64,000 nucleotides of DNA from an uncultured candidate division Zixibacteria bacterium (GCA_963702205.1 OY969724.1:2144001-2208000), one strand, 5' to 3'. Numbered from the stretch's first letter, positions 30,842-40,811 are shown. Program-made: numbers and translations. Notes: generated by a model from the letters alone, not told the origin.

Positions 30842-32593
30842 TTAGAACAATCGCCCAATTCGGATATAAAGCCGTGGAGCGGCTCCGGATTTATCGAGAC
30901 GCTGAGCGATATTCAGCCGGATATCACTGTTTAGAGACAAACCGACGCCGAGGCAGTGCTTGACCTCGAAATCACCGAGGTCGCGGATGCCGTCGCCTAT
31001 CTGGGCCACGTTGTAAAACAGCCAGCCATCGAAATCACTGTGCGGCAGAGTCAAATGATATTCGATATCGGCCATCCAGAACTGATCACCATAATATTCC
31101 TTTTGGCGATAACCGTACAGGGTTCCCAATCCTCCTATGAAAAACTTCTTGTTCATGGGCAGCATGCCGTCGGCACTTCCGGCCGCGAGACGAACCAGGA
31201 GCCCTGAATATTCATTAAGTTTTTGATAGCGCACCCCGGTTCCGAAATAGCGGGTGTAGTTGAAATCGCCGCTCCAGCTGTCGGGTGACCATTCGATCAC
31301 GCCCTGACCGGTCCAGAAGGACTCAATCATGTCTTTGTCCAAATCCGGTGTTTCATAGGATACTTTTAATTCGAGGGCGGTCAAATCCTTGCCATCGAAC
31401 TGCTCCTTAGCCAGTTCGTGAGAAGACTCGCCGAATGAATAGAAATTATCGGGAAATCTTTTATTGCCGCCGAAAAGTGACCACAAATTGGGATGAGCGT
31501 CGAGCCAGCGCTGGTGCTCGCCTCGAATGCCGACTTCATAGCTGTTGCCGACGAACGGCGTCCAGCGCACGAAACCGTAACCGCCGCGCGCTTCGTAATA
31601 ATCTTTATAATCTTCGGTCGCGATAAGGGCGAAAGCGGTGTTTTCGGCCTCGGAGATTATCCAGTCATCGGGCGAAGCCAGCTTTTGATAAATATTGCCG
31701 CCTAACGTAATCGGTCGTGCCTTGTAGAAATATTGTTCGAAGCCGAGGAAATAGCGCCATCTCTCCGATGCGAAGGCATAACTGCCGTAAGCAGTAATGG
31801 TCGGGTACAGGGAATCTTCATCAACGTATTTGATGCCCAGGTACGGCGCCGCGCCGTCGACGCGGTTATAATAAAAATGTGCGATCAACGGGAAATTCTC
31901 TTCGTACTGCCACTGTTTTCTCCACCGCTTTTTCCAGCTTTTGCCTTCGAAGTCGGTTTCGGCGAACTCACCGTATACCGTGGCTTTGCCCGAACCGTTG
32001 ATGGTGCCGTTAAAGGCGACGATATCGCCCCGGACGACGGCGTTTTCACCGAGATTAATATCACCGAATAAAGAAATCACGTCCTGGTTTATTTCACCTT
32101 CAATGCTTATGTCAGACCAGAAGCCTATTACGGAACCGCGCAGGAAATCGCCCTGGGCGATGTTTATACTTTTATCCACCGATATGACATTTCTATGACG
32201 GCTGGGTCTTTGAGACTGGCTGTCGCCTTTTCGAGTGAAAGTAACCGTCACGCCATTGTCGCGGTCGATATCAACCGTAGTGCGGTCGATGTCTTCGAGT
32301 GGGAAATTGCGATCACCGAAACGAAAAGAACTGGGGTCGAGAATCAAGTTCTTACCAAGATATATATTGCCGTCTTTGCGATGAACTTCGGTTTTGCGAA
32401 TTACCGTGATGAGTTTATTGTCTCCGTCGAAAAACGTGAACGTCATGGTTCTTTCACCGGCGACGATTTTAAAATAATCCGAACCTTCGGACGGGAGCGA
32501 ATATTTTTTATATCCGTCGGCGGCCGATGTCGTCAGCGACATTAATAAAAGGGACAATAGAATTAGCAATCTGGTCGATGTATATCGGCTCAT
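30842..32593 (-). CDS. Omp85/BamA-TamA-like outer-membrane barrel with N-terminal beta-solenoid-like segment
   Basis: Signal peptide; YNRVDG; FFIGGLGTLYGY (VRGY-like); C-terminal Phe; start at the ATG after GGAGGG. Confidence 0.65.
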   Translation of the reverse strand: MSRYTSTRLLILLSLLLMSLTTSAADGYKKYSLPSEGSDYFKIVAGERTMTFTFFDGDNKLITVIRKTEVHRKDGNIYLGKNLILDPSSFRFGDRNFPLEDIDRTTVDIDRDNGVTVTFTRKGDSQSQRPSRHRNVISVDKSINIAQGDFLRGSVIGFWSDISIEGEINQDVISLFGDINLGENAVVRGDIVAFNGTINGSGKATVYGEFAETDFEGKSWKKRWRKQWQYEENFPLIAHFYYNRVDGAAPYLGIKYVDEDSLYPTITAYGSYAFASERWRYFLGFEQYFYKARPITLGGNIYQKLASPDDWIISEAENTAFALIATEDYKDYYEARGGYGFVRWTPFVGNSYEVGIRGEHQRWLDAHPNLWSLFGGNKRFPDNFYSFGESSHELAKEQFDGKDLTALELKVSYETPDLDKDMIESFWTGQGVIEWSPDSWSGDFNYTRYFGTGVRYQKLNEYSGLLVRLAAGSADGMLPMNKKFFIGGLGTLYGYRQKEYYGDQFWMADIEYHLTLPHSDFDGWLFYNVAQIGDGIRDLGDFEVKHCLGVGLSLNSDIRLNIAQRLDKSGAAPRLYIRIGRLF

Positions 32594-32667
32594 CCGTACC
32601 CTCCGTGTCAAATTTAAAAAACCGGTATATCTATAGAAGAATTAGACCCATTGGCAATATAAAAGTT

Positions 32668-33234
32668 TCATTCGCTTTGCGGGAATCGTGCCACATAATC
32701 TTTCAGGGCCTGACGGTGAGAAACGAAAGCGATGTTGTCAGGAAGATCGGTAAATGAGAAAAAGCGGGCCTCCGAGGCATCGTCACCTGCAATCAATTTG
32801 CCACCCGTTATACGGGCGCTATACAATATCAGGACGGCGTTGGTGCGGGGATCGTCGTTCCCCGAATAAATCTCGAACACCTGTTCGATATCGATATCCA
32901 GTCCGGTTTCTTCTTTTATTTCGCGGACGGTCGTTTGCGTCGGGTGTTCCTCGAATTCCATAAACCCCGCCGGAAGGCACCAGTAACCGATTTTGGGCGG
33001 TGCGGCCCGCCGCACGAGCAGAATTTTACCGTCATCGACAATCATCGCTCCGGCTGCCGGGGTCGGGTTGTGATAATAAATATAGCCGCAATTTTCATTA
33101 CTGCACTGGAGCCGGTTTCTATGATCGAGCTCGCGCTCGACAAAATCGCTCCCGCAGATCGGACAATATTTGAACCCGAAATTGTTGTATTTTCGTTCGA
33201 ACAAGAGTTTTTCGTCAATTTTGTCCTGCGGCAT
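32668..33234 (-). CDS. Zn-ribbon NUDIX hydrolase
   Basis: CPICG...C; GFME..E......REIKEETG Nudix box. Confidence 0.92.
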   Translation of the reverse strand: MPQDKIDEKLLFERKYNNFGFKYCPICGSDFVERELDHRNRLQCSNENCGYIYYHNPTPAAGAMIVDDGKILLVRRAAPPKIGYWCLPAGFMEFEEHPTQTTVREIKEETGLDIDIEQVFEIYSGNDDPRTNAVLILYSARITGGKLIAGDDASEARFFSFTDLPDNIAFVSHRQALKDYVARFPQSE

Positions 33235-35482
33235 TTGATACCCCGTTATTTGCCTTCAAAATAATAATCGTCGTGTCATCGCGAGGAGGATCGGAAACGT
33301 CAAATCTCCCCACGTCTTTCAAAATCCCGTCAATGATATCATCGGGCGACAGATGTCGATGATCCCTTACGAAATCCAATATGCGCTTATCGCCGTACTC
33401 TTCGTCGTTTTCATTCTGGGCCTCGGACAAACCATCGGTATAGAACACCAGGAGGTCTTCGTCGTTCAAAGAAACTTCGGCCGTTTCATATGAACCCCCG
33501 GAAAAGGCCCCGATCAGCATGCCGCCTTTGGACAGCACTTCGTGGGATCCGTCAGCGCGTACCAGTATGGGATAATTATGTCCGGCGTTGGAATACCTGA
33601 AAACACGGCCGTCCGGTTTGAATTCCCCGTAGAAGAGCGTCGCGTACTTTTCCGCCGAGGTCGACGCTACCACGTATTCATTGATATTTTGAAGGATTCG
33701 CGACAGTTCGTTTTTATTCTGTATCTCCGAGTGAAGCATCGCCTGAATCTGGGCCACGAGCAGCGCGGCCGGGACACCCTTGCCGGAGGCATCGGCGATG
33801 ACTATGGAAAACTTCCCGTCACCGTGATTGACGAAATCGTAAAAGTCGCCCCCGATCGTCTGTGAGGGTATAGATAAGGCCTTGAGGTCGAAGGTATTCG
33901 ACGCCGGCGGTTTTTTCGGCAGTAACTCGACCTGAATCTGGCGGGCCATGGTGATTTCTTCTTCGAGGACCTGTTTTTCCAGAGAATCGGCGTACAGCCG
34001 GGCATTGGTAAGCGACGTAACCAGTTGATTGGAAATTACTCCCAGCACGGTCAGGTCTTCGGTATTGTACCTGTACCCTGAGACTTTTTCCGTCAAAGCC
34101 AGGAAGCCCAGCAGATGATCTGAGTCTTTGAGAGGTAGTATTAACTGAACCCGCCTCTTACTCAATTGCAACAGCAGGTTGCTGTCTTTGCCGTACTCAC
34201 CCATGCGGTCCAGCAGCTGCGGTGCCTCGAGCTGGCCGATTGCCCCCAGTAAAGGGTCTTCACGATTTATTATTGATCGAGTCGGGAATCCTTCCGAGGC
34301 CAGCAATACATACTCGAGCAAAACGTCGTCGTACATCACGAAGTAAACGTGCTCGATAAGAATCGTCGTTTGCAAAGTTTTTTCTATGATGGAACGAACG
34401 CGAGCCGGGTCGAACACGGAAATCATGCTGCGAGACAACTGCCCGAGCACCGTTCGATAATCGGCCCGCGTTTTCATGAAAAGTTTTTTAATTAAGTCGT
34501 CGATGCGGTTGATGATCGGCTGGTACAAAATCAGCGCCAGCACGATGAAGGCGACGTTGACGATTTTCGTCTCGGCCCCGAAAAGGTACGTCACGAACCG
34601 GTCCATCTGACCGACCAGCAGAATATATAATCCGACGAGAATTCCCGAGGTGATGGTATAGGCCAACGACTGTCGGAAGATTATGCTGACATCGAGAAAC
34701 TGATGCCGTACAATCGACCAGGCAATCGAACCTCCACCGGTGAGGAGGACAATTATCATCGATATGTCCATAAAGGCGTCGGAGACCTGTATCGAAAAGA
34801 GCCTGGGGATAAGTACGGAGGCGGTCAATAGAATAACGGAGATGCTGATACCCCAGATAAATACATTGGTCTGACGGCGAACCTGTTTGTTTTCAATCAG
34901 GGCCTTGCCGCGAATCAGGAAGTACACGGCCAGTCCGACGTAAATAAGGTTAATTAATGAAAAGAGCGCGGCTTCGGAACTAAGGAGCAGGCTGAAACCG
35001 AGCACGACCCATTTCATCAAATAGGAAATCGGTTCCAGGATCAAGCTGAGAAAACCTTCGCCGGATTGGACTTCAAAAAGGTCCAGAATTCTTTCGGGAT
35101 TTCGAAAGAGAAGTACCAATAATATATGAAATACCTGCGGGAAAAATATAAGATACCGCAGGCGGCGGCGTTTCATGTACGAAAGCCGGTCAATCGGGAA
35201 AACCCAGCTGAATAAAAGCAGGGTGGGGAAGAACAGCTCCCAGATGTAAAAGAGATTATAAACGAAAGATTCCTCGAAAGGGGCTTCGACGGCTACATTA
35301 GGTTTGACGATGACACCGAGAGCCAAAAATATCGGTCCCAGCCCCGCAAAAAAGAGCATAGCTCCGGCAATACGATTGGCCCGGACGGACGGATTGTCCC
35401 GGATAATCGTATAGGCCAGAAACAGAAGAATGCCGCCGAATATGAAGTACAGCGGCGTCGTTATCGCCTTGAGGAATTCCAT
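33215..35482 (-). CDS. Membrane (7TM)-GAF-SpoIIE/RsbU PP2C phosphatase
   Basis: Multiple TMs; GGDFYD, DASGKG, NAGH, YTDG, DDTT. Confidence 0.92.
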   Translation of the reverse strand: MEFLKAITTPLYFIFGGILLFLAYTIIRDNPSVRANRIAGAMLFFAGLGPIFLALGVIVKPNVAVEAPFEESFVYNLFYIWELFFPTLLLFSWVFPIDRLSYMKRRRLRYLIFFPQVFHILLVLLFRNPERILDLFEVQSGEGFLSLILEPISYLMKWVVLGFSLLLSSEAALFSLINLIYVGLAVYFLIRGKALIENKQVRRQTNVFIWGISISVILLTASVLIPRLFSIQVSDAFMDISMIIVLLTGGGSIAWSIVRHQFLDVSIIFRQSLAYTITSGILVGLYILLVGQMDRFVTYLFGAETKIVNVAFIVLALILYQPIINRIDDLIKKLFMKTRADYRTVLGQLSRSMISVFDPARVRSIIEKTLQTTILIEHVYFVMYDDVLLEYVLLASEGFPTRSIINREDPLLGAIGQLEAPQLLDRMGEYGKDSNLLLQLSKRRVQLILPLKDSDHLLGFLALTEKVSGYRYNTEDLTVLGVISNQLVTSLTNARLYADSLEKQVLEEEITMARQIQVELLPKKPPASNTFDLKALSIPSQTIGGDFYDFVNHGDGKFSIVIADASGKGVPAALLVAQIQAMLHSEIQNKNELSRILQNINEYVVASTSAEKYATLFYGEFKPDGRVFRYSNAGHNYPILVRADGSHEVLSKGGMLIGAFSGGSYETAEVSLNDEDLLVFYTDGLSEAQNENDEEYGDKRILDFVRDHRHLSPDDIIDGILKDVGRFDVSDPPRDDTTIIILKANNGVSNAAGQN

Positions 35483-35499
35483 TTCTTACGAATCGATTC

Positions 35500-35919
35500 T
35501 CAAATTCTTTTGGCGATTGTGACCCGGGTGCCGCGTTCCAGAAAATCGATTTCGACTTTATCCATCAGGGAGCGCACGATAAAGATACCGCGCCCGACCT
35601 CTTTTAGGAGGTTCCTTTCGTCGATTGGATTTTCCAGATGCTCGACGTCGAATCCTTTACCTTCGTCGGTGATGGCTATCTCAACCATGGAATCGTTCTT
35701 GCCGATTTCGACGACAACTTCCTTATCGGGGTCCGAGTTGTTTCCGTGGATAATGCTGTTGTTAACCAGCTCCGTGACACAGATGGCTATATCGGCGATG
35801 GTTGTCTCCTCGGTCCCGTAACCCCGCAACATGCCTTCGATGAAGCTGTCGACGTCGGGAAGAAATTCTTCCTGAGAAGGTATCCTTATGGTATTGTCCA
35901 CGATAATTGGTTTTTTCAT
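35500..35919 (-). CDS. RsbW-like anti-sigma factor / Ser kinase
   Basis: ELVNNSIIHGN, DEGKGF, GRGIFI. Confidence 0.9.
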   Translation of the reverse strand: MKKPIIVDNTIRIPSQEEFLPDVDSFIEGMLRGYGTEETTIADIAICVTELVNNSIIHGNNSDPDKEVVVEIGKNDSMVEIAITDEGKGFDVEHLENPIDERNLLKEVGRGIFIVRSLMDKVEIDFLERGTRVTIAKRI

Positions 35920-35939
35920 TCTATTATTTCCATATACGC

Positions 35940-35973
35940 AAAAAGGGCAGATCAGGATGCAACCTACCCTTTT
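35940..35973 (-). terminator. Intra-operon terminator between the STAS and RsbW-like genes
   Basis: Minus strand gggtaggtt-gcatcct-gatctgccc-ttttt. Confidence 0.65.
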
Positions 35974-36001
35974 GGATTGAAATCATGCCTGTACCGGCTG
36001 T

Positions 36002-36337
36002 TTAAAAGGATGCAACCGCCTCATCTACCGAATCGTGGGCTTCAAAAACCGTTACGAGTTTCGTAATCGTCAAAAGGGATTGAATTTTGTCGGTTACATT
36101 CGCCAATTTCAATTCGCCGCCGCTGTTTTTCATAGTCGTCAGGCCGGAAATCAATATTCCGAGTCCGGTTGAATTCATCCACTCGACCTTGGCCAGGTCA
36201 ATGACCACTTTCTTGTTGCCGTTTTCCACGCATTCATGGAGCTTTTCATGAAGAATCGTAGCGTCCGGCCCGCCCATAATTTTCCCTTTGGGCTGGAGTA
36301 TGGCCACTCCGTCTTTGATAAAATCAGTAAGATTCAT
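36002..36337 (-). CDS. STAS anti-anti-sigma factor (RsbV-like)
   Basis: DL..V.WMNSTGLG.L motif with phosphorylatable Ser; start at MNLTD. Confidence 0.92.
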   Translation of the reverse strand: MNLTDFIKDGVAILQPKGKIMGGPDATILHEKLHECVENGNKKVVIDLAKVEWMNSTGLGILISGLTTMKNSGGELKLANVTDKIQSLLTITKLVTVFEAHDSVDEAVASF

Positions 36338-36692
36338 ACTCGGGGATCCTCCGATTCGCATATATTATTGATATAAATTATTGTCATAAACCGCTGAGTC
36401 TTTTATTCATACTACCATATTGAAAGTCCGTAAAAGCGCCGCTTAAGTCAAGTCTTTTTAGCAATTCATCGGGATGATCGACTGCGTGGCAGCAGGTAAA
36501 TGGACGCGGGAAAAGGCACAACATCACCGGATATTCCATAATAATATATAGATTGTGAAAGTGGAGTCAGAGTAAAACTTTCCGCAAACTCGTTAATGAT
36601 AGCGGCTTATAGTTTCGGGAATTTTGAAGCGGGCTTAATATTATGCTAATATATTTTGTACAACTAAATAATGAGGGGCTGAAGCGTATGAT

Positions 36693-36707
36693 ATACAAGA
36701 TATTGCG
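36693..36707. promoter_or_regulatory. Candidate NrdR box
   Basis: atACAAGATATTGcg matches acaCwAtATaTwGtg at most positions; about 30 bp upstream of the thyX-nrdJ -35. Confidence 0.55.
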
Positions 36708-36736
36708 ATTATTTTGAGTTTTTGTAAGTTTTTTTA

Positions 36737-36765
36737 TTGACACTAAAGGAGGAAATTAATACAAT
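36737..36765 (+). promoter_or_regulatory. sigma70 promoter of thyX-nrdJ
   Basis: TTGACA-N17-TACAAT. Confidence 0.75.
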
Positions 36766-36935
36766 CGTTTTCACTCTTTGGTTGGTCCATCCGAAAGTCG
36801 CCCCAAAGAGCTGTGACGGTTATAACACTAAGCGATATAATACCTTACGTTAAGTTGAGGGGATTCGATAGGGTGTTTTAGCCCCAAAAACGAAAAATGT
36901 GATTTCAACTGTGATAGATCGAGGGTAGGTTGTTT

Positions 36936-37622
36936 ATGAATGACACAAATTTGACTCAGGTGGAAGCTATGCCGACAATAGCCAAAATGCCCGTCATCGA
37001 AATGATGGCCATTACGCCCAACGCCGAACAGGTCATAGAGCTGGCGTGCCGGACCTGTTATTTATCGTTCCATCGGTACAATCCTCCCGCCTCGACGGGG
37101 GAATTGATCCGCAAGGTGATTCGTAAGAAACACCATTCGGTTTTGGAACACGCCTCAGCCACGTTTCGCATTAAAGGCGGCTCCCGCGTATTTACGCACG
37201 AAATGGTTCGGCATCGCCTGATGTCGCCCTCGCAGGAATCGCAGAGGTATGTCGAATACGGCAAGACCAAAGATTATGAAATCGTGGTGCCGCCGACCGT
37301 TGAACAATCCGGCTTTAATGACCGATATATGGAAATAGCGGCCCGGTGCGAGGAATTGTATCACGAAATGGTAGCGGCCGGGGTTCCCAAGGAAGATGCT
37401 CGCTATGTCCTGCCCAACGGAACGACGTCGGAAATAGTCTGTTCGGCAAATTTCCGGGAATTTCGGCATATGTTTTCCGTGCGCTGCACTCCCCGGGCTC
37501 ATTGGGAAATAAGACGCATTTGTTTGATGATGCTTAAAATATTGAAGCAGGAAGCACCTGTCGTGTTTGCTGATTTTGAAATCGATGAAGAAAACATGTC
37601 GGCCACGCTGATTGAATCATAA
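36936..37622 (+). CDS. thyX: FAD-dependent thymidylate synthase
   Basis: HHSVLEH, RHRxxSxSQESQRY, EDARYVLP, HWEIR; exact start uncertain. Confidence 0.95.
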   Translation: MNDTNLTQVEAMPTIAKMPVIEMMAITPNAEQVIELACRTCYLSFHRYNPPASTGELIRKVIRKKHHSVLEHASATFRIKGGSRVFTHEMVRHRLMSPSQESQRYVEYGKTKDYEIVVPPTVEQSGFNDRYMEIAARCEELYHEMVAAGVPKEDARYVLPNGTTSEIVCSANFREFRHMFSVRCTPRAHWEIRRICLMMLKILKQEAPVVFADFEIDEENMSATLIES

Positions 37623-37632
37623 GGAGGACATC

Positions 37633-39915
37633 ATGGAAGATGATCGCCAATTCGCATTAACCGAGAACTCGCTGAAAGTTCTCGAACGCCGCTATCTTAA
37701 AAAAGATAAGCAGGGTCATGTCTCGGAAACGCCCGATGAGCTGTTTCGCCGCGTGGCCCGCGCCATTGCCGAGCCGGACAAAAAGTACGGGGCTTCGGCC
37801 GAGGATATAAAAGAGCTCGAAGATAAATTTTATGATTTGATTTCATCGCTGGAATTCATGCCCAACAGCCCGACTTTGATGAACGCCGGTCGGCCGCTGG
37901 GGCAACTTTCGGCCTGTTTCGTGCTCCCGATCGAAGATTCCATGGAGTCGATTTTCGACGCCGTCAAGCACACCGCTCTGATACACAAGTCCGGCGGCGG
38001 GACGGGCTTTTCGTTCACCCGCCTGAGACCGCGCAACGCCGTGGTGGCATCCACGTCGGGTGTGGCCTCCGGCCCGGTTTCATTCATGAAAGTAATCAAC
38101 GCCGCCACCGAAGCCGTCAAGCAGGGTGGGACCCGTCGCGGTGCCAATATGGGCGTCCTGCGGGTGGACCATCCCGACATCCAGGAATTTATTTCGTGCA
38201 AGGATAATCTCAAGGAATTGACCAATTTTAATATTTCCGTGGCGGTCACCGACGAATTCATGCGGGCGGCCAAAGAAAACGCTCAATACGAACTGCACGA
38301 TCCCCGGAACAACGCTCCGTACATCAAGGACGGCAAAGCCGTGACCCTGAACGCCCGTGAGGTTCTGGATAAAATCGTCGAGCACGCGCACGCCACCGGC
38401 GAGCCGGGCATTATATTCCTCGATCGTATGAACGACGCTAACCCGGTCACTCGGGTGGCGCTGTACGAGGCTACCAACCCGTGCGGAGAGCAGCCGCTTC
38501 TGCCGTACGAAAGCTGCAATCTCGGGTCCATAAACCTGAGCAAGATGGTCCGCGCCGTGGTCGATCTGGACAGCCCGACCGAGCTGTCGCGCTATGAGAT
38601 TGACTGGGATAAGCTCGATCAGACGGTCCGGTCCTGCGTGCATTTTCTCGATAATGTCATTGAGGCCAATCGGTACCCTCTGCCGGAAATAGATTTCAAC
38701 ACCAAAGAAAACCGTAAAATCGGCCTCGGTGTCATGGGCTGGGCCGACTTCCTGGTGATCCTCGGGATTCCGTACAATTCCAAGGAAGCGCTGGAACTGG
38801 GCGAAAAGATCATGTCCCGGGTTAATCAGGTGTCCTACAGCGAATCACAGAATCTGGCCAGGACGCGGGGCGTTTTCCCGAACTGGGAGAAGTCGCGGTT
38901 CTTCAAGAACGGCGAAGGCCCCAGGATGCGCAATTCCACCGTTACGACTATCGCACCGACCGGTACGATTTCGATCATAGCGGGATGTTCCTCGGGAATC
39001 GAACCTCTGTTTGCGGTGTCGTACATGCGAAACGTCATGGACAAGACCAAGCTGGTCGAAGTGAATCCGTATTTCGAGCGTATTGCCAAAAGCCGGGGAT
39101 TTTATTCCAAGGAACTGATGGAGAGAATTTCTGAGACGAATTCGATTGCCGACTTTGAAGAAATCCCCCAGGACGTCCGCGAGATATTCAATACGACCCA
39201 CGACGTCAGCCCGGAATGGCATGTCCGGATGCAGGGCGCGTTCCAGAAACATACCGATAACGCCGTCTCCAAGACGATCAACCTGCCGAGCAAAGCCACC
39301 GTAGCCGACGTTGAGAAGGCCTATATGCTGGCTTATGAACTGGGCTGCAAGGGGATAACGATTTACCGCGACGGCAGCCGGTCGGAGCAGGTTCTTTCGA
39401 CCAAATCGACCAAAGATCCCAAGGCCGATAAAAAGGCGGCGGGACCCGAAATTTCCGAAAAGCCGGTGATCGTCGAAAAGCGCCCGGAGATTCTTACCGG
39501 TATTACCGAAAAAATCAAGACCGGTTACGGCAACCTATATGTGACCATCAACATGCTCGACGGTCGTCCATTCGAGGTGTTCGCGTCGATTGGCAAATCC
39601 GGCTATTCGACCATGGCCGATACTGAAGCCATCTGTCGCCTGATCTCGCTGGCTCTTCGCTCCAACATTCCGGTATCGAAGATAACCCAGCAGCTTAAAG
39701 GCATCGGCGGAGCCTCGCCGGTATTCGGCAACGGCGGCCTGATTTCATCGATTCCCGACGCCATCGCTCAGGTGCTCCACAAGCATTTCGGTAACGGGAA
39801 ACATCTGGAAAAAGAAATCGACCTGGCCGAGGAATTTTGCCCCGACTGCGGCGGTCGCACCGAACACGAAAGCGGCTGTCTGGTTTGTCACGCCTGCGGT
39901 TATTCAAAATGCTAA
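37633..39915 (+). CDS. nrdJ: Class II (AdoCbl-dependent) ribonucleotide reductase
   Basis: PNSPTLMNAG, SACF, TNPCGEQPL, TIAPTGTIS, TSCPD-like domain and C-terminal Zn ribbon; no ATP cone; AAGGAGG RBS. Confidence 0.93.
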   Translation: MEDDRQFALTENSLKVLERRYLKKDKQGHVSETPDELFRRVARAIAEPDKKYGASAEDIKELEDKFYDLISSLEFMPNSPTLMNAGRPLGQLSACFVLPIEDSMESIFDAVKHTALIHKSGGGTGFSFTRLRPRNAVVASTSGVASGPVSFMKVINAATEAVKQGGTRRGANMGVLRVDHPDIQEFISCKDNLKELTNFNISVAVTDEFMRAAKENAQYELHDPRNNAPYIKDGKAVTLNAREVLDKIVEHAHATGEPGIIFLDRMNDANPVTRVALYEATNPCGEQPLLPYESCNLGSINLSKMVRAVVDLDSPTELSRYEIDWDKLDQTVRSCVHFLDNVIEANRYPLPEIDFNTKENRKIGLGVMGWADFLVILGIPYNSKEALELGEKIMSRVNQVSYSESQNLARTRGVFPNWEKSRFFKNGEGPRMRNSTVTTIAPTGTISIIAGCSSGIEPLFAVSYMRNVMDKTKLVEVNPYFERIAKSRGFYSKELMERISETNSIADFEEIPQDVREIFNTTHDVSPEWHVRMQGAFQKHTDNAVSKTINLPSKATVADVEKAYMLAYELGCKGITIYRDGSRSEQVLSTKSTKDPKADKKAAGPEISEKPVIVEKRPEILTGITEKIKTGYGNLYVTINMLDGRPFEVFASIGKSGYSTMADTEAICRLISLALRSNIPVSKITQQLKGIGGASPVFGNGGLISSIPDAIAQVLHKHFGNGKHLEKEIDLAEEFCPDCGGRTEHESGCLVCHACGYSKC

Positions 39916-39928
39916 AACTGTCGATATA

Positions 39929-39957
39929 ACAAAGGAGGGAGAATATCCCTCCTTTGT
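39929..39957 (+). terminator. Perfect 12-bp hairpin after nrdJ
   Basis: acaaaggaggga-gaata-tccctcctttgt. Confidence 0.7.
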
Positions 39958-39961
39958 GAAT

Positions 39962-40597
39962 ATGGCACAATCAGACTTCATACCGGCCGGGCGCACGACC
40001 CGTATAAGCAAGAGCGGAAAAGACTTTACGCTCCAGACGGAATATGCGTCGCGGCCCAACCCACGGCTGACAACTTCGGTTTTCACCCACGGACAGGTTA
40101 TCTATAAAATCGAAAACGAACTGGCCGCGGCGGTCGAATCGTTCGAACAACAGGAACAGGTCGAGCGCCTGCTCCAGCGCCAACACGCCCAGGCCCTTGA
40201 AATCGCCCGCAAAGACAATTTTCCGCCATCCAATAAGGACTTCGAAACCGGTGATAACGAAGACACCGCCGTGCTCCATCCCCGCAACGACCGTGAGAAA
40301 CTGCAGAGTGTGGAAGGCGTGCAATACGTCGTCCGCATCGATAACGACGGTAATTTCGAATCGGCCAAGCTGTCCGAGGCTTTCCGCCGCAATTTTAGCC
40401 CCATTTTCAAGCACCTGAGTGATATTCTCGATATTTTCGCGCAGTTCTCCAACGGAAACCGGGAACGGGGGGTTTATGAAGTGGAAGTCGATCGGTTGTA
40501 TCTGGTTTCAACCGGCAAAGATTGTTATTTCGTTCTGACCAAGCCGACCGGCAATATCATCGATTATGCCCGCGAGCTGGAAATAGCTATCAGCTAA
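39962..40597 (+). CDS. Hypothetical protein (QTE...QH domain plus a possible Roadblock-like C-terminus)
   Basis: ORF of about 211 aa with typical codon usage. Confidence 0.65.
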   Translation: MAQSDFIPAGRTTRISKSGKDFTLQTEYASRPNPRLTTSVFTHGQVIYKIENELAAAVESFEQQEQVERLLQRQHAQALEIARKDNFPPSNKDFETGDNEDTAVLHPRNDREKLQSVEGVQYVVRIDNDGNFESAKLSEAFRRNFSPIFKHLSDILDIFAQFSNGNRERGVYEVEVDRLYLVSTGKDCYFVLTKPTGNIIDYARELEIAIS

Positions 40598-40610
40598 GAT
40601 ATTTCCGTAC

Positions 40611-40811
40611 AAAAAAATAGGAGAGGGTGGTAAAATTGAAAAAACTCCTCACTATAATACGTTAAAGGGTTTTTACAGCCACTTCCGGCGTTTTGCGTTC
40701 GCTGCCACCGCAAGGTGGGTCACGGCGTTTGCGCAGCCTCAAGAAGAGACGACCTTCATCTGTGAGTTGTTAGAGATTTTTCAAATACCCTAACCCTCTC
40801 CAAGGTCTTGC
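40611..40811 (-). ncRNA. ssrS: Probable 6S RNA
   Basis: About 182-nt rod: ggagagggt..ggta..ttgaaaaa pairs with ttttttcaa..tacc..accctctcc; inner ctcac/gtgag helix and AU-rich bubbles; 3' U7 tract; upstream TTGCAT-N16-TAAATT. Confidence 0.55.

Noticed and set aside
36770..36930. Cobalamin riboswitch before thyX-nrdJ
   Set aside because: Only a faint gcccc..ctgtga resemblance; GGGAA and B12-box (AGYCAGGAGACC) elements are missing
37633..39915. Intein or intron in nrdJ (also checked dnaE and ligA)
   Set aside because: Lengths are normal, motifs are contiguous, and no splice-junction or homing-endonuclease motifs were seen
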